Below are positions 1 to 7,944 of a DNA stretch of 54,625 nucleotides, piece by piece. Below the pieces are notes generated by a model. That model saw only the letters and a program-made list of their open reading frames with translations. It was not told the origin of the DNA and did not search any database. The position numbers and the translations under genes are program-made. The stretch comes from a virus (Duplodnaviria > Caudoviricetes). The first letter of the stretch is position 1, and each line of letters begins with the position of its first letter. Location: positions 1-54,625 of the IMG/VR virus record IMGVR_UViG_3300033485_000017. One strand, written 5' to 3'.

Positions 1-150
1 CGCCGCCGTGCCACACGCCGCCGCGCCACACGCCGCCGCGCCACACGCCGCCGCACCACTCGCCGCCGCGCCACACGCCGCCGTGCCACTCTCCGTCGCG
101 CCACTCGCCGCCGCGCCACACGCCGCCGCGCCACTCTCCGTCGCACCACG
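1..150. repeat. Ten tandem 15-bp units, consensus CGCCGCCGCGCCACA (coding repeat on the minus strand)
   Basis: Units start at 1, 16, 31 ... 136. The reverse complement reads W-[RHC]-[GD]-G-[VE] in each unit. Confidence 0.95.
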
Positions 151-247
151 TCACATATCTGTATTGGGACACGCTCACATCCGCGTTACTGGTCTGTGCG
201 TCCCGGAGCCACTGCGGGCACCGGTCGCCCAATTCATCGATTGTCAA
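1..247 (-). CDS. Trp-Gly pentapeptide-repeat protein, truncated at window edge, absent from the ORF track
   Basis: GGAGG at 258-254, TTG start at 247: MTIDELGDRCPQWLRDAQTSNADVSVSQYRYVTWCDGEWRGGVWRGGEWRDGEWHGGVWRGGEWCGGVWRGGVWRGGVWHGG, open to the edge. Confidence 0.85.
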   Translation of the reverse strand, partial: MTIDELGDRCPQWLRDAQTSNADVSVSQYRYVTWCDGEWRGGVWRGGEWRDGEWHGGVWRGGEWCGGVWRGGVWRGGVWHGG

Positions 248-312
248 GTTGCACCTCCATCCGGCCCCGCCCCTGCTGTCAGTGGTGGGGTCGAGTTGAG
301 GGGCGGAATCTA

Positions 313-771
313 TCAGCCTCGGAGTATAAAGCAGTCCTCACACCAGGGCTCGGTGCTGACGAAGACCGCGTCTACGTGCTCAATCACCGCTCCGCATTTG
401 CAGCAGCGCACCGGATGCTCGATCTGCTCAAATCGCCGAGCAATCTTTGCCTTCGCCTCATCACTGAAATGGATCACCCTTCGAGTCATTGGCTTCCTCC
501 CGACGCGGCCCTTTCCGCGTTTCGGCCCGCGCTCATCAGGGGAGGAGCCGCGGCAGGTGACAGGATTGCTGTTGCCGTGCGAGACCCCAGCACAAATCAG
601 GGACCACAGGCTGTCCTCGCGGTCCTTGTCGTCTGGCTGCACCCCATACACGAGAGCGAATAGCCGCTCCAGCTCGGCGGGCTCCGTGGCCACATCCTCG
701 CGGCCGGTCTCGATGTATTCCCGCACATCGTCTTCCGTGCGGACCCATGTCGTGTCAGCGTATTGCGTCAT
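313..771 (-). CDS. Hypothetical early protein with C-terminal CxxC..CxxC zinc ribbon; possibly two cistrons
   Basis: RBS-like GGAGG upstream. CCKC and CEDC motifs. Internal GGAGG plus ATG at 489. Confidence 0.65.
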   Translation of the reverse strand: MTQYADTTWVRTEDDVREYIETGREDVATEPAELERLFALVYGVQPDDKDREDSLWSLICAGVSHGNSNPVTCRGSSPDERGPKRGKGRVGRKPMTRRVIHFSDEAKAKIARRFEQIEHPVRCCKCGAVIEHVDAVFVSTEPWCEDCFILRG

Positions 772-971
772 TTCGCGTTCCTCCGTTCCTGCCGCTCCAG
801 GTCCCTGATTTCCCGTCCCACAATCGCCCGTTCGAAGTCCATGTGAAACTCGGGGTCCCTTGCCACAACTCGCCCCGCGTCAATCGCTTCCAGCACGCGC
901 GCCCCCGCCACCAACCGCTCAGCTAGGGGGAGCGTGATGATCGTCTGTACCATCGTGTGCATTGCCGTCAT
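768..971 (-). CDS. Hypothetical early protein
   Basis: GGAGG just upstream of ATG at 971. Stop overlaps the next start (ATGA). Confidence 0.65.
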   Translation of the reverse strand: MTAMHTMVQTIITLPLAERLVAGARVLEAIDAGRVVARDPEFHMDFERAIVGREIRDLERQERRNAK

Positions 972-1149
972 GCCTCCTGTCCGTCTGTCCGTCCGCCTGT
1001 CCGTCAGGCCATAGCCGATTGAACTCGGCCACTGCCGCGTCGTAGTCATCCGCGTTCCATGCGTTCCGGCCAGCCTTGCGCATACTGCGGTTGCCCGCAT
1101 CCTGCGCAGCAGCACGTGCCAATTGCCGCGTGAGCGTGACTCTGGGCAT
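919..1149 (-). CDS. Hypothetical early protein (MPRVTLTRQLARAAAQDAGNRSMR...)
   Basis: Start reassigned to ATG 1149, directly downstream of the 1163-1444 gene. Confidence 0.65.
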   Translation of the reverse strand: MPRVTLTRQLARAAAQDAGNRSMRKAGRNAWNADDYDAAVAEFNRLWPDGQADGQTDRRHDGNAHDGTDDHHAPPS

Positions 1150-1162
1150 CGTGCGTCCGTCC

Positions 1163-1444
1163 CTACGCAAAGAATCTCGCCAGTGGGTACAGTGCCCGCA
1201 CCCGCGCCTTTGCATCCTCCCGGTCACTCGCCCGCACAAACCCATACACCGAATCATCCTCGGCTGCGTACCCATACAGCCGTTGCCCCACGCCCCAGTA
1301 CGCCCCGCCCGAGTCGTATCCACCGCGATCCAGCCGGATGTGGCGCAAGTACATTCGCCCTGCGTACAGTGCCGTGTTGTCATCCCACGTGCGGCGCCCC
1401 ATCGGAGCACCGAACTGGCAGTTGCATTGTGGTGTCAGGTCCAT
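1163..1444 (-). CDS. Conserved small phage protein (LDRGGYDSGGAYWG motif)
   Basis: GGAGG RBS. Motif recalled from phage early regions; function unknown. Confidence 0.75.
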   Translation of the reverse strand: MDLTPQCNCQFGAPMGRRTWDDNTALYAGRMYLRHIRLDRGGYDSGGAYWGVGQRLYGYAAEDDSVYGFVRASDREDAKARVRALYPLARFFA

Positions 1445-1453
1445 GACCGCCTC

Positions 1454-1732
1454 CTAGCCCTTATCCAGCCACTCGAACATCCTCGGGTGAATCGCCCGTG
1501 CCAACCATTCGGGAATCCGCTTGCACTGAGCCAAGAACTCGCGGGATGCGCTCGTGCTTGCTATTGGACTGTTCCGCTCATTCAGGATCGCACCCAGCCC
1601 GTCTACCAGGCCGTCGTGCTGGTCCGGGTAGAACGCCGCGAATACGTTCCCGCAGTGTCCCTTGTTCCACTTCCCCGACCGCTTTTTCGTTCGCACGTCA
1701 GGGAACTCCAGGTAGAATCTTACGCCTTGCAT
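1454..1732 (-). CDS. Hypothetical early protein
   Basis: GGAGGAGG before ATG 1732 (MQGVRFYLEF...). Confidence 0.7.
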   Translation of the reverse strand: MQGVRFYLEFPDVRTKKRSGKWNKGHCGNVFAAFYPDQHDGLVDGLGAILNERNSPIASTSASREFLAQCKRIPEWLARAIHPRMFEWLDKG

Positions 1733-2175
1733 GGTGCCTCCTCCTGCCGATTGTCCCAAATGCATGCTTGCCTCTTTGCCCGCTTCAAGCGGCAATAGTC
1801 GCCTGAGGATTCGAAGTACCAGCCATGGTAGAGGGTGCCGAAAATCCGGCACGAAACCGCGCGCCGATAGGCCCCACCGAAGCCCACATAACGGCGTGGC
1901 CCGACACTGGCGCAAGTGTCAAGGTCAAATCCTGTCCACGTGTGGACTACACCACGGCAATTCAGCCACGGCGTAGGTTCCATTTGCACAGCGCTGTGCA
2001 CTAACTCGACGTACAGAAACGCGTGCTCTGGGCCGGTCTTGAGGTGTGCAAGTTCCTGTGCCTCTACCAGCCGATTGTATGTGTCCGCGTCCTGTGCCGA
2101 GAGTGGCACCCCCGCTGTGTCCCTGATTAGCCCGTCCGGGCTATAAGCCTTGCCTTCGTGCACGATTGCGTACAT
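1720..2175 (-). CDS. Hypothetical early protein, first gene of the leftward operon
   Basis: GGAGGA before ATG 2175; downstream of the promoter at 2293-2265. Confidence 0.7.
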   Translation of the reverse strand: MYAIVHEGKAYSPDGLIRDTAGVPLSAQDADTYNRLVEAQELAHLKTGPEHAFLYVELVHSAVQMEPTPWLNCRGVVHTWTGFDLDTCASVGPRRYVGFGGAYRRAVSCRIFGTLYHGWYFESSGDYCRLKRAKRQACIWDNRQEEAPCKA

Positions 2176-2264
2176 GGTCAATCCTCCATCCGTTTCCACA
2201 CCGCTGTCCTGTCCAGTCGTGGTATCGAGCGTTGCGGTTGCTATTGGATTCCCTTTCCATCCTT

Positions 2265-2293
2265 ATGCTATCGTTTCACCTTGAATAAGTCAA
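2265..2293 (-). promoter_or_regulatory. Sigma70-type early promoter with operator-like motif in the spacer
   Basis: TTGACT-N17-TAGCAT on minus strand. Spacer contains TTTCACCTTGAA (2274-2285, plus strand). Confidence 0.75.
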
Positions 2294-2406
2294 GCACATT
2301 ATTAAACCTTAATAGTAAGCGTTAACTCTAACCTCCATCTGGCTACCCAGCGAGGCGATAACACGCCGAAGGTGTGGTATCTCCGAGCCCCAGGTAGGCC
2401 GTAAAT

Positions 2407-2462
2407 ACATAAGTGAGCACTTGCTTACATTCGTCCACATAAGTGAGCAAGTGCTCACATTC
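2407..2462. repeat. Two direct repeats (period 30 bp), each containing a GTGAGCA-N2-TGCTYAC palindrome; putative protein-binding sites
   Basis: ACATAAGTGAGCACTTGCTTACATTC at 2407 and ACATAAGTGAGCAAGTGCTCACATTC at 2437. Confidence 0.85.
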
Positions 2463-2509
2463 ACCAGGTAGCTAGCGATCGGGGGGTGTGCTGTGGCATC
2501 ATATGGTCG

Positions 2510-2701
2510 ATGCCAAACGGTCAGCGCGATGACGATTGGAAGTGCCCAAAGTGCAAGCAGTGGTCACGGCACGAGAGGCACGTCTGCGGGCATTGTAAGA
2601 CACCCGCGCCAATGCGCCGCACAGAGACACGCAAAGCACTGAGAGAGCAGGCTCTAGAACGTATGCACGAGCACACGCTCCATCGCTTCGGTCTCACCTA
2701 G
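2510..2701 (+). CDS. Small RanBP2-like zinc-finger protein
   Basis: WKCPKC-x10-CGHC spacing; start reassigned to ATG 2510. Confidence 0.65.
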   Translation: MPNGQRDDDWKCPKCKQWSRHERHVCGHCKTPAPMRRTETRKALREQALERMHEHTLHRFGLT

Positions 2702-3051
2702 ATTGTTGATTCCAAAGCCCCCATTATCAACACGTTAGCCGTTATGCTAATAGTCATTGGCGTAACCATACCAGCGTTGCGTGCCGTACCATGCCTAGCC
2801 ATCTATGCCACGCCAGCGCCAACCATGCGCCGGCCGATTGTCCGCAGCGCCAGCCCATTGTTGAGGGGGGAGGGGAGGGGGGCCAGCGGCAGCCGATTGG
2901 GCGCTCCCATCTGCATAAAAAATTGCTGATTCGGCCTTTCACCTGGAAGTCTGGGGTCACTGTCGAACTCGCGTCTGTCCTGTCTTCCTGTGTCTTGTTG
3001 GACCGCTTCGCGCTCCAAAACGATGGCTTCCATCTGCCCTGTAGGCCAAAA

Positions 3052-3064
3052 TTCCGACTCGGAA
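3052..3064. repeat. Dispersed palindrome TTCCGA(C/G)TCGGAA, copy 1 of 9
   Basis: Other copies at 9763, 13358, 21128, 30744, 33452, 42163, 45999 and 53279. Confidence 0.95.
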
Positions 3065-3146
3065 TCTTCACCGCCCAGGCATCCCGGCCGCCCCCGCCCC
3101 TGGATTTGTCCCAACCTGTGGCGCCCGCCGGTATACTGGATGTGTT

Positions 3147-5378
3147 ATGCGACCAACAATCTGCCGTTACGCCGCATTTTTGTCCGTTCTGCTGCTTGCG
3201 CCTTTGTCCGCACTAGGCATGAGCCGGGTTCAGGTCCCCTGCACGGTTGGAGGCAAGGTCGTTGTCTCGGGCGTCACCGCTTCCTCGACCCGCGTCATGG
3301 CGTCCTATCCTCAATGCACCGTCACCGTCTACAAGTCTGGCCTTCCTCACATCCCCGCCAACCTGGCAACGCTCTATTCTGACAACGGCACGCCGCCCAC
3401 TCCGATGGCCAATCCCTTCACCGCCGATGTGAACGGCTTCGGCTGGTTCTACGTCGCCGACGGGATTTACGATATTCAGATCTCCGGCGGCTCGGCACCC
3501 TCACTTCCCGCGCCCTACACCTACAGCGCGGTCAATGTCATGGATGCCTATGTGTTACAGAATGCTTCTGGAGCGGTGCCTTACCTGAAGGACACCCGGA
3601 TGAAGGAGAGTCCGCACGTCGGGGACTTTGGCGCTCTGTGCAACGGCGCTGCCGATGATACGGCCGCATTTATTGCTGCTGGGGCGTGGGGCCGGTCGTT
3701 CTTCGTCCCTTACGGCACATGTTTGGTCAAGTCCCAGGTTGTCCTGACGGGTGTGGGGCAGCAACTGAACTGCGCTGGAATGGGCGGAGTATTCGGCGGC
3801 GCTTCCCAAACGGTCATCAAAGCCGCCGCTGGAGCCGACGCGACAGTCACCAATGCGACGACCGGCTCCATCATCAAACTATCCGAGGATGGCCAGTCTG
3901 TCAGAGGATGCGAGGTTGATGGCAACAGCATCGCCGCTTACGGCATCCTCGCCCAGAATGCCGCGCGCTCTGTCGTCGAGCATACTTACGTCCACAACGC
4001 TGTCTATGACGGCATTCTGCTCTATGCCTCCAACCACCTGGATAACAACAACTTGTTCACTTACATCAACACTAACTCGTCTTACAATGGCCGCGACGGG
4101 TTCTCGCAGACCGCCGAGACTAACTCCGGTAACCAGGTCAAATATCTGAATGTGGATGCGGTCGGAAACGGGCGTGACGGACTGCGCGTGGACGGCTACG
4201 GCGCAAGTATCGATGGCGGCAACTTCGCTGCAAACACCAACTGCGGCATTACCCTTGGCACGACTGCCGCCTCGCCCGGCGCGACTTCGCCCTTCATCAT
4301 GAATCCGACCGTCGAAGCCAACACTGTCGGCCAGATCTGCGAGGGCGGCGCTGGATTTGGCAACTCCCACGGCATCATCTTCACTTACAAGAACAACCAG
4401 CCGACCGACTTCTACCCTAACAACAGCCACTACAACTGGTTCATGTCTGACTACGGCGGCGTCATTATTCAGGTCGGCTCCTCCTACAGCCCAACCGACA
4501 ACATGTTCACTGTCCAATCCAACACGAACTCCGATCCTAGGATTGCCGTCAATTACGAGGGCCGGCTGAAGCTGTACCCCAATGCCACGACTGGCGTCAC
4601 TGCCGACGACAATGCTTACATCTACCCGCTGAAGGGCGGTGGCGTGTTCCCCTACGATGGCGGCTTCGGCGCCCTGGTGCTCCAGTCCCGTTCGAGTGCC
4701 GACCGGCCGATCCAACTGATTACCGGTTCCACTCCCACTGCCGCGCTGACGGCATTCGGAACCGGCCGCGTGGCTATCTCCCCAACCTCCCAAACGGACA
4801 ACGGTGCTAACTTACAAGTGACCGGCACTGGCACTTACTCGGGCGATCTGAGCGTCGGCGGCACGGCGGTCCCCGGAACCCTCAACAGCGCTGCCCGCGT
4901 CCTGGAGATCAAGGGCTCTGGCAGCTCAGCCGCGACCCCAGTCATGCTGCGCCTCTGGCCCCGCAGCGGCGGCGGATATGACGTTGACTCCCCGGCAGTC
5001 ATTTCGACATTCCTGACCGGCTTGCGGGAAAATGAGATATGGTCTAACTCCAACTACTTACTAGGGGTGACTAAGACGACCGGTGGCGTGACTTACACTC
5101 AGTCCAACTTACTGGCCAATAACGCGCTGTTAGTAACAAGCGGCGGCCGTGTCTTGGTTGGTACTGGTCTATCCACGGATTCCGGGGCTGTGCTGCAAGT
5201 ATCCGGCAAATATGCGTTTTCGATGGTCGGGGACACGTCCGCCAACTTGGGCCTCCCCCCTGGCGACACGACTATTACGTGGTGCACCAACTGCGCCCCT
5301 AGCACCAACCCCTGCACGGCCGGTTCTGGCGCGCTTGCTATTTCAAATGGCGCTGGTTCAAACTGGAGATGTCTATGA
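3147..5378 (+). CDS. Tailspike/depolymerase-like protein (pectate-lyase-like beta-helix) with N-terminal signal-peptide-like sequence
   Basis: NPFTADVNGFGWFYVADGIYDI head-binding-like segment, DFGALCNGAADDTAAF motif, Asn/Gly-rich beta-helix repeats. Confidence 0.8.
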   Translation: MRPTICRYAAFLSVLLLAPLSALGMSRVQVPCTVGGKVVVSGVTASSTRVMASYPQCTVTVYKSGLPHIPANLATLYSDNGTPPTPMANPFTADVNGFGWFYVADGIYDIQISGGSAPSLPAPYTYSAVNVMDAYVLQNASGAVPYLKDTRMKESPHVGDFGALCNGAADDTAAFIAAGAWGRSFFVPYGTCLVKSQVVLTGVGQQLNCAGMGGVFGGASQTVIKAAAGADATVTNATTGSIIKLSEDGQSVRGCEVDGNSIAAYGILAQNAARSVVEHTYVHNAVYDGILLYASNHLDNNNLFTYINTNSSYNGRDGFSQTAETNSGNQVKYLNVDAVGNGRDGLRVDGYGASIDGGNFAANTNCGITLGTTAASPGATSPFIMNPTVEANTVGQICEGGAGFGNSHGIIFTYKNNQPTDFYPNNSHYNWFMSDYGGVIIQVGSSYSPTDNMFTVQSNTNSDPRIAVNYEGRLKLYPNATTGVTADDNAYIYPLKGGGVFPYDGGFGALVLQSRSSADRPIQLITGSTPTAALTAFGTGRVAISPTSQTDNGANLQVTGTGTYSGDLSVGGTAVPGTLNSAARVLEIKGSGSSAATPVMLRLWPRSGGGYDVDSPAVISTFLTGLRENEIWSNSNYLLGVTKTTGGVTYTQSNLLANNALLVTSGGRVLVGTGLSTDSGAVLQVSGKYAFSMVGDTSANLGLPPGDTTITWCTNCAPSTNPCTAGSGALAISNGAGSNWRCL

Positions 5379-5701
5379 GAACCGTCTCAGCAATAGCCTT
5401 TGTCTTCGCAGTGGTGGCCTTAAGCTTCTGCCAAACCCCTGCCCCATCCCCCGCCAAGCCCAAGCCTATCCCAATCGAGCGTCAGGAAGTTCTGTCCCGC
5501 CTCATGATCCGCTACCAGGCCCTTCAGATCGACGCTCTGCGCATCGAGCGCGACCTCGCCGCGGCGCAACAGGCGGTCCAGTCAGAACTCGAATCCCTGC
5601 GCCGGGAATACGACGCCCCGAACTGTGAACTGACCATCCATAAGGTTTGGCAATGCCCTGCCCCGGCCGCCGCGCCCCTTCCGGCCAAACCTGCAAACTG
5701 A
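5375..5701 (+). CDS. Signal-anchored coiled-coil protein (spanin-like or fibre chaperone)
   Basis: ATGA overlap with the upstream gene; hydrophobic N-terminus, heptad region, Pro-rich ends. Confidence 0.6.
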   Translation: MRTVSAIAFVFAVVALSFCQTPAPSPAKPKPIPIERQEVLSRLMIRYQALQIDALRIERDLAAAQQAVQSELESLRREYDAPNCELTIHKVWQCPAPAAAPLPAKPAN

Positions 5702-5750
5702 CTTGCCCAGCCGGATTTTCACGTATAATATCTGACTGAGGAGTGACTTC

Positions 5751-6275
5751 ATGATCGATCCGGAACTAGCCAATCGGCTCTCACTGATTTTCGGTGGCCT
5801 CACGGCCCCTTTCGCCTTCATCTGGAAGGAAACCGGCTGGCCTGGGTGGAAGCACCTGGACTACAACGGCGAAGAGTACCTCCAATACATCGACCCCCTG
5901 ACTGGCCGCGTTTTCCAGGGTGTCGGCTACACGCGCATCTCTGCTGCCGTGCGGGATTCGAGGAGCTACGCCTGCCTCGAATTCAACGCTGGAACCGCCC
6001 CCGGCATGATTTCCCTACAGCACGTTGCCGTGGACGCACGCGGCGAAATCACCGGCGTCTACACGACCGAGAATGACTGCCCGACGCTCAAGCCTGGCTG
6101 GCACACGCCGGCCGAAGTGATCCAGGATGGGATCGACCGCGGCTACGGCCAGTTCGGCACCAACCGCCTGGAATCGTTCAAGAAACTGGTCCCCACAGCG
6201 CTCCGTGTGCGTTGGGACCCGGTGACGGACACCTTCAACGCACCGGTCGAGCCGTTGCCGCTGCTGCCGTTCTAG
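5751..6275 (+). CDS. Hypothetical protein
   Basis: TATAAT at 5724-5729 and GAGGAG RBS upstream. Confidence 0.75.
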   Translation: MIDPELANRLSLIFGGLTAPFAFIWKETGWPGWKHLDYNGEEYLQYIDPLTGRVFQGVGYTRISAAVRDSRSYACLEFNAGTAPGMISLQHVAVDARGEITGVYTTENDCPTLKPGWHTPAEVIQDGIDRGYGQFGTNRLESFKKLVPTALRVRWDPVTDTFNAPVEPLPLLPF

Positions 6276-6299
6276 CGGCTGACAGGAAAGGAATCTCAC

Positions 6300-6551
6300 A
6301 TGAATTTCAGACTTTGGATGAAATGCTTGGGTGCAGCAGCGGCCGGTGGGGCGTTCTCCACCGCGTCCCAACTGGTGCTCAACCGGTCCATGCAACAGCC
6401 GGGCGCTCCTCCGATCACCGGTGATAACCTGTGGCAGACAGCGCTGATCGGTGGCGTGATTGGCGTGTTGGGCTACCTGAAGCAATCGCCGATCCCGACA
6501 ACGCCCGTGGCAGATGTGGCCCAGAACCAGGCGGCCCCTCCCAAGCCCTGA
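6300..6551 (+). CDS. Putative holin (two hydrophobic segments, YLKQSP tail)
   Basis: 83 aa, two Gly/Ala-rich hydrophobic helices, near the candidate endolysin. Confidence 0.6.
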   Translation: MNFRLWMKCLGAAAAGGAFSTASQLVLNRSMQQPGAPPITGDNLWQTALIGGVIGVLGYLKQSPIPTTPVADVAQNQAAPPKP

Positions 6552-7282
6552 TGCCCAAGCCTTCCAAGACCGGCTCTCCGCCTGCTTCCTTGGAGTTGGT
6601 GAAGGAGCCCCATAGCCCGCGCGGACTAGTCCCAGCTAGTTCGTGCGGGCGCTTGGACACTGCCTATAATGCCTATCTGGACTCGCTCGAACTCCGCAGC
6701 GATTCCCCCAAGTCCAAGGCTGTCGAGTTCGCTCTCGCATCCGCCCGCGATGAGCGCTTCCGTGTCTTCCTGGAGCGGCTGTCCAGCCCACTGTGCAAGC
6801 GCTGGTCCCTGGCTACAATCGCCAAAACGTGCGAGATTTCCCTTCCTGAGTGGGCCGAGTTCTGGCAGAAGGCCACCGTCCAGCGTGCGCTCGCCAAGGC
6901 CCAGGACGCACTGCCGAATCTGGCCGATGATCTGATCGAGGATGCCAGGAGCCGCATTGTCGGTTGTGAGCGCTGCGGCGGCCGTGGCACGCTCAAGGCT
7001 GAATGCCCGGTCTGCGCCAATCAGGTGACCGACTGTCCGCACTGCAACGGCAAAGGCATAGTCGAATCCTGCCCGGATTGTGATGGGACTGGTAAGCAGC
7101 GCAAGCCGGGTGACGTGGACGCGCGCCGCATGTTACTGGATATGACGGGGTTGGGTGGCCGCAAGGCCCCTGCCGTGCAGATTAACCAGACGTTCTCCTC
7201 GGGGATTGGCTCGGCGATGGACAAGATGTCCAAAGTGACGTTTGATGTGGAAGTCGAGGCCGAACCGCAGACACCGGATTAA
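6551..7282 (+). CDS. Putative terminase small subunit with DnaJ-type zinc finger
   Basis: Start overlaps upstream TGA. HTH-like SLATIAKTCEISL; CERCGGRG, CPVC, CPHCNGKG and CPDCDGTG; C-terminal AVQINQTF; upstream of the large terminase. Confidence 0.55.
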   Translation: MPKPSKTGSPPASLELVKEPHSPRGLVPASSCGRLDTAYNAYLDSLELRSDSPKSKAVEFALASARDERFRVFLERLSSPLCKRWSLATIAKTCEISLPEWAEFWQKATVQRALAKAQDALPNLADDLIEDARSRIVGCERCGGRGTLKAECPVCANQVTDCPHCNGKGIVESCPDCDGTGKQRKPGDVDARRMLLDMTGLGGRKAPAVQINQTFSSGIGSAMDKMSKVTFDVEVEAEPQTPD

Positions 7283-7325
7283 GTTTCCAGGTGAAACCTC
7301 CACTTTTCTGTGATACAATCCGTTC

Positions 7326-7565
7326 GTGCTGCGCCTTCTGCTGTCCCTCATCCGGCCCCTGTCCCACATTGCCCAGGAACTCCGCATCCTCCGCGAACTC
7401 TATGAACTCGACCTCCAGTCCCGCGTCCCTCCCATCTACCGGATGACCGAGAAGCCGTCCAAGGCCGACACCGAAGTCTCTTACCAGGGCGTGGATGAGA
7501 AGACGCCATTTTGGAAGCGTGTCCCATGGTTCAACGACGAGGAGGACAAAGACGATGCGAGTTAA
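7326..7565 (+). CDS. Hypothetical protein, probably leaderless
   Basis: TGnTACAAT (7311-7319) 6 nt before the GTG. Confidence 0.65.
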   Translation: MLRLLLSLIRPLSHIAQELRILRELYELDLQSRVPPIYRMTEKPSKADTEVSYQGVDEKTPFWKRVPWFNDEEDKDDAS

Positions 7566-7941
7566 AGCCACCCGCGAGGGTCTGGTTGGACAAACGACAG
7601 CCAGCGGCTACGTGGTGGACCGGGTCGTGCCGTTCGTGGCCCTTCCGTGCCGCCAGGCGCTCCACAGTTTCATCCGGATCAGCAATCCGGCTAATGGGAA
7701 ATCCTGCCTCGCCATTGTCCTCGATGTGGGGCCGTGGAACACGGCGGACGAGGAATATGTGTTTGGCGGGAAGCGCCCCCAGGCGGAAACCGGCATCGAT
7801 GTGACCGGACGTAAGACCAACCGGGCGGGGATCGACTTGGGGGAACGTGTCTGGAAGTTGCTTGGGATGAAGGACAACTCCTGGGTCGAATGGGATTTCT
7901 TCCTCGGCGTGGTTGTGGATTCCAAACATAAGACGGACTAA
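7555..7941 (+). CDS. RlpA-like double-psi beta-barrel lytic transglycosylase, candidate endolysin
   Basis: GGAGGA RBS. TASG, ALP, VLDVGP and IDL...LG motifs follow the RlpA/DPBB pattern. Confidence 0.7.
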   Translation: MRVKATREGLVGQTTASGYVVDRVVPFVALPCRQALHSFIRISNPANGKSCLAIVLDVGPWNTADEEYVFGGKRPQAETGIDVTGRKTNRAGIDLGERVWKLLGMKDNSWVEWDFFLGVVVDSKHKTD

Positions 7942-7944
7942 GCC

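Noticed and set aside
1-150. Possible CRISPR array
   Set aside because: Contiguous 15-bp units with no spacers; explained as a coding repeat.
8-808. 266-aa plus-strand ORF with PHAAA repeats
   Set aside because: Shadow of the minus-strand WxGG repeat gene and its neighbour, which have RBSs and match the local gene direction.
5375-5431. Lipoprotein lipobox (LSFC)
   Set aside because: Phe at -1 does not fit the [GAS]-C consensus, so an o-spanin call is unsupported.
7283-7297. parS site (GTTTCCAGGTGAAAC)
   Set aside because: One base longer than GTTTCACGTGAAAC and no parB seen; fits the TTCACCTRGAA family better.
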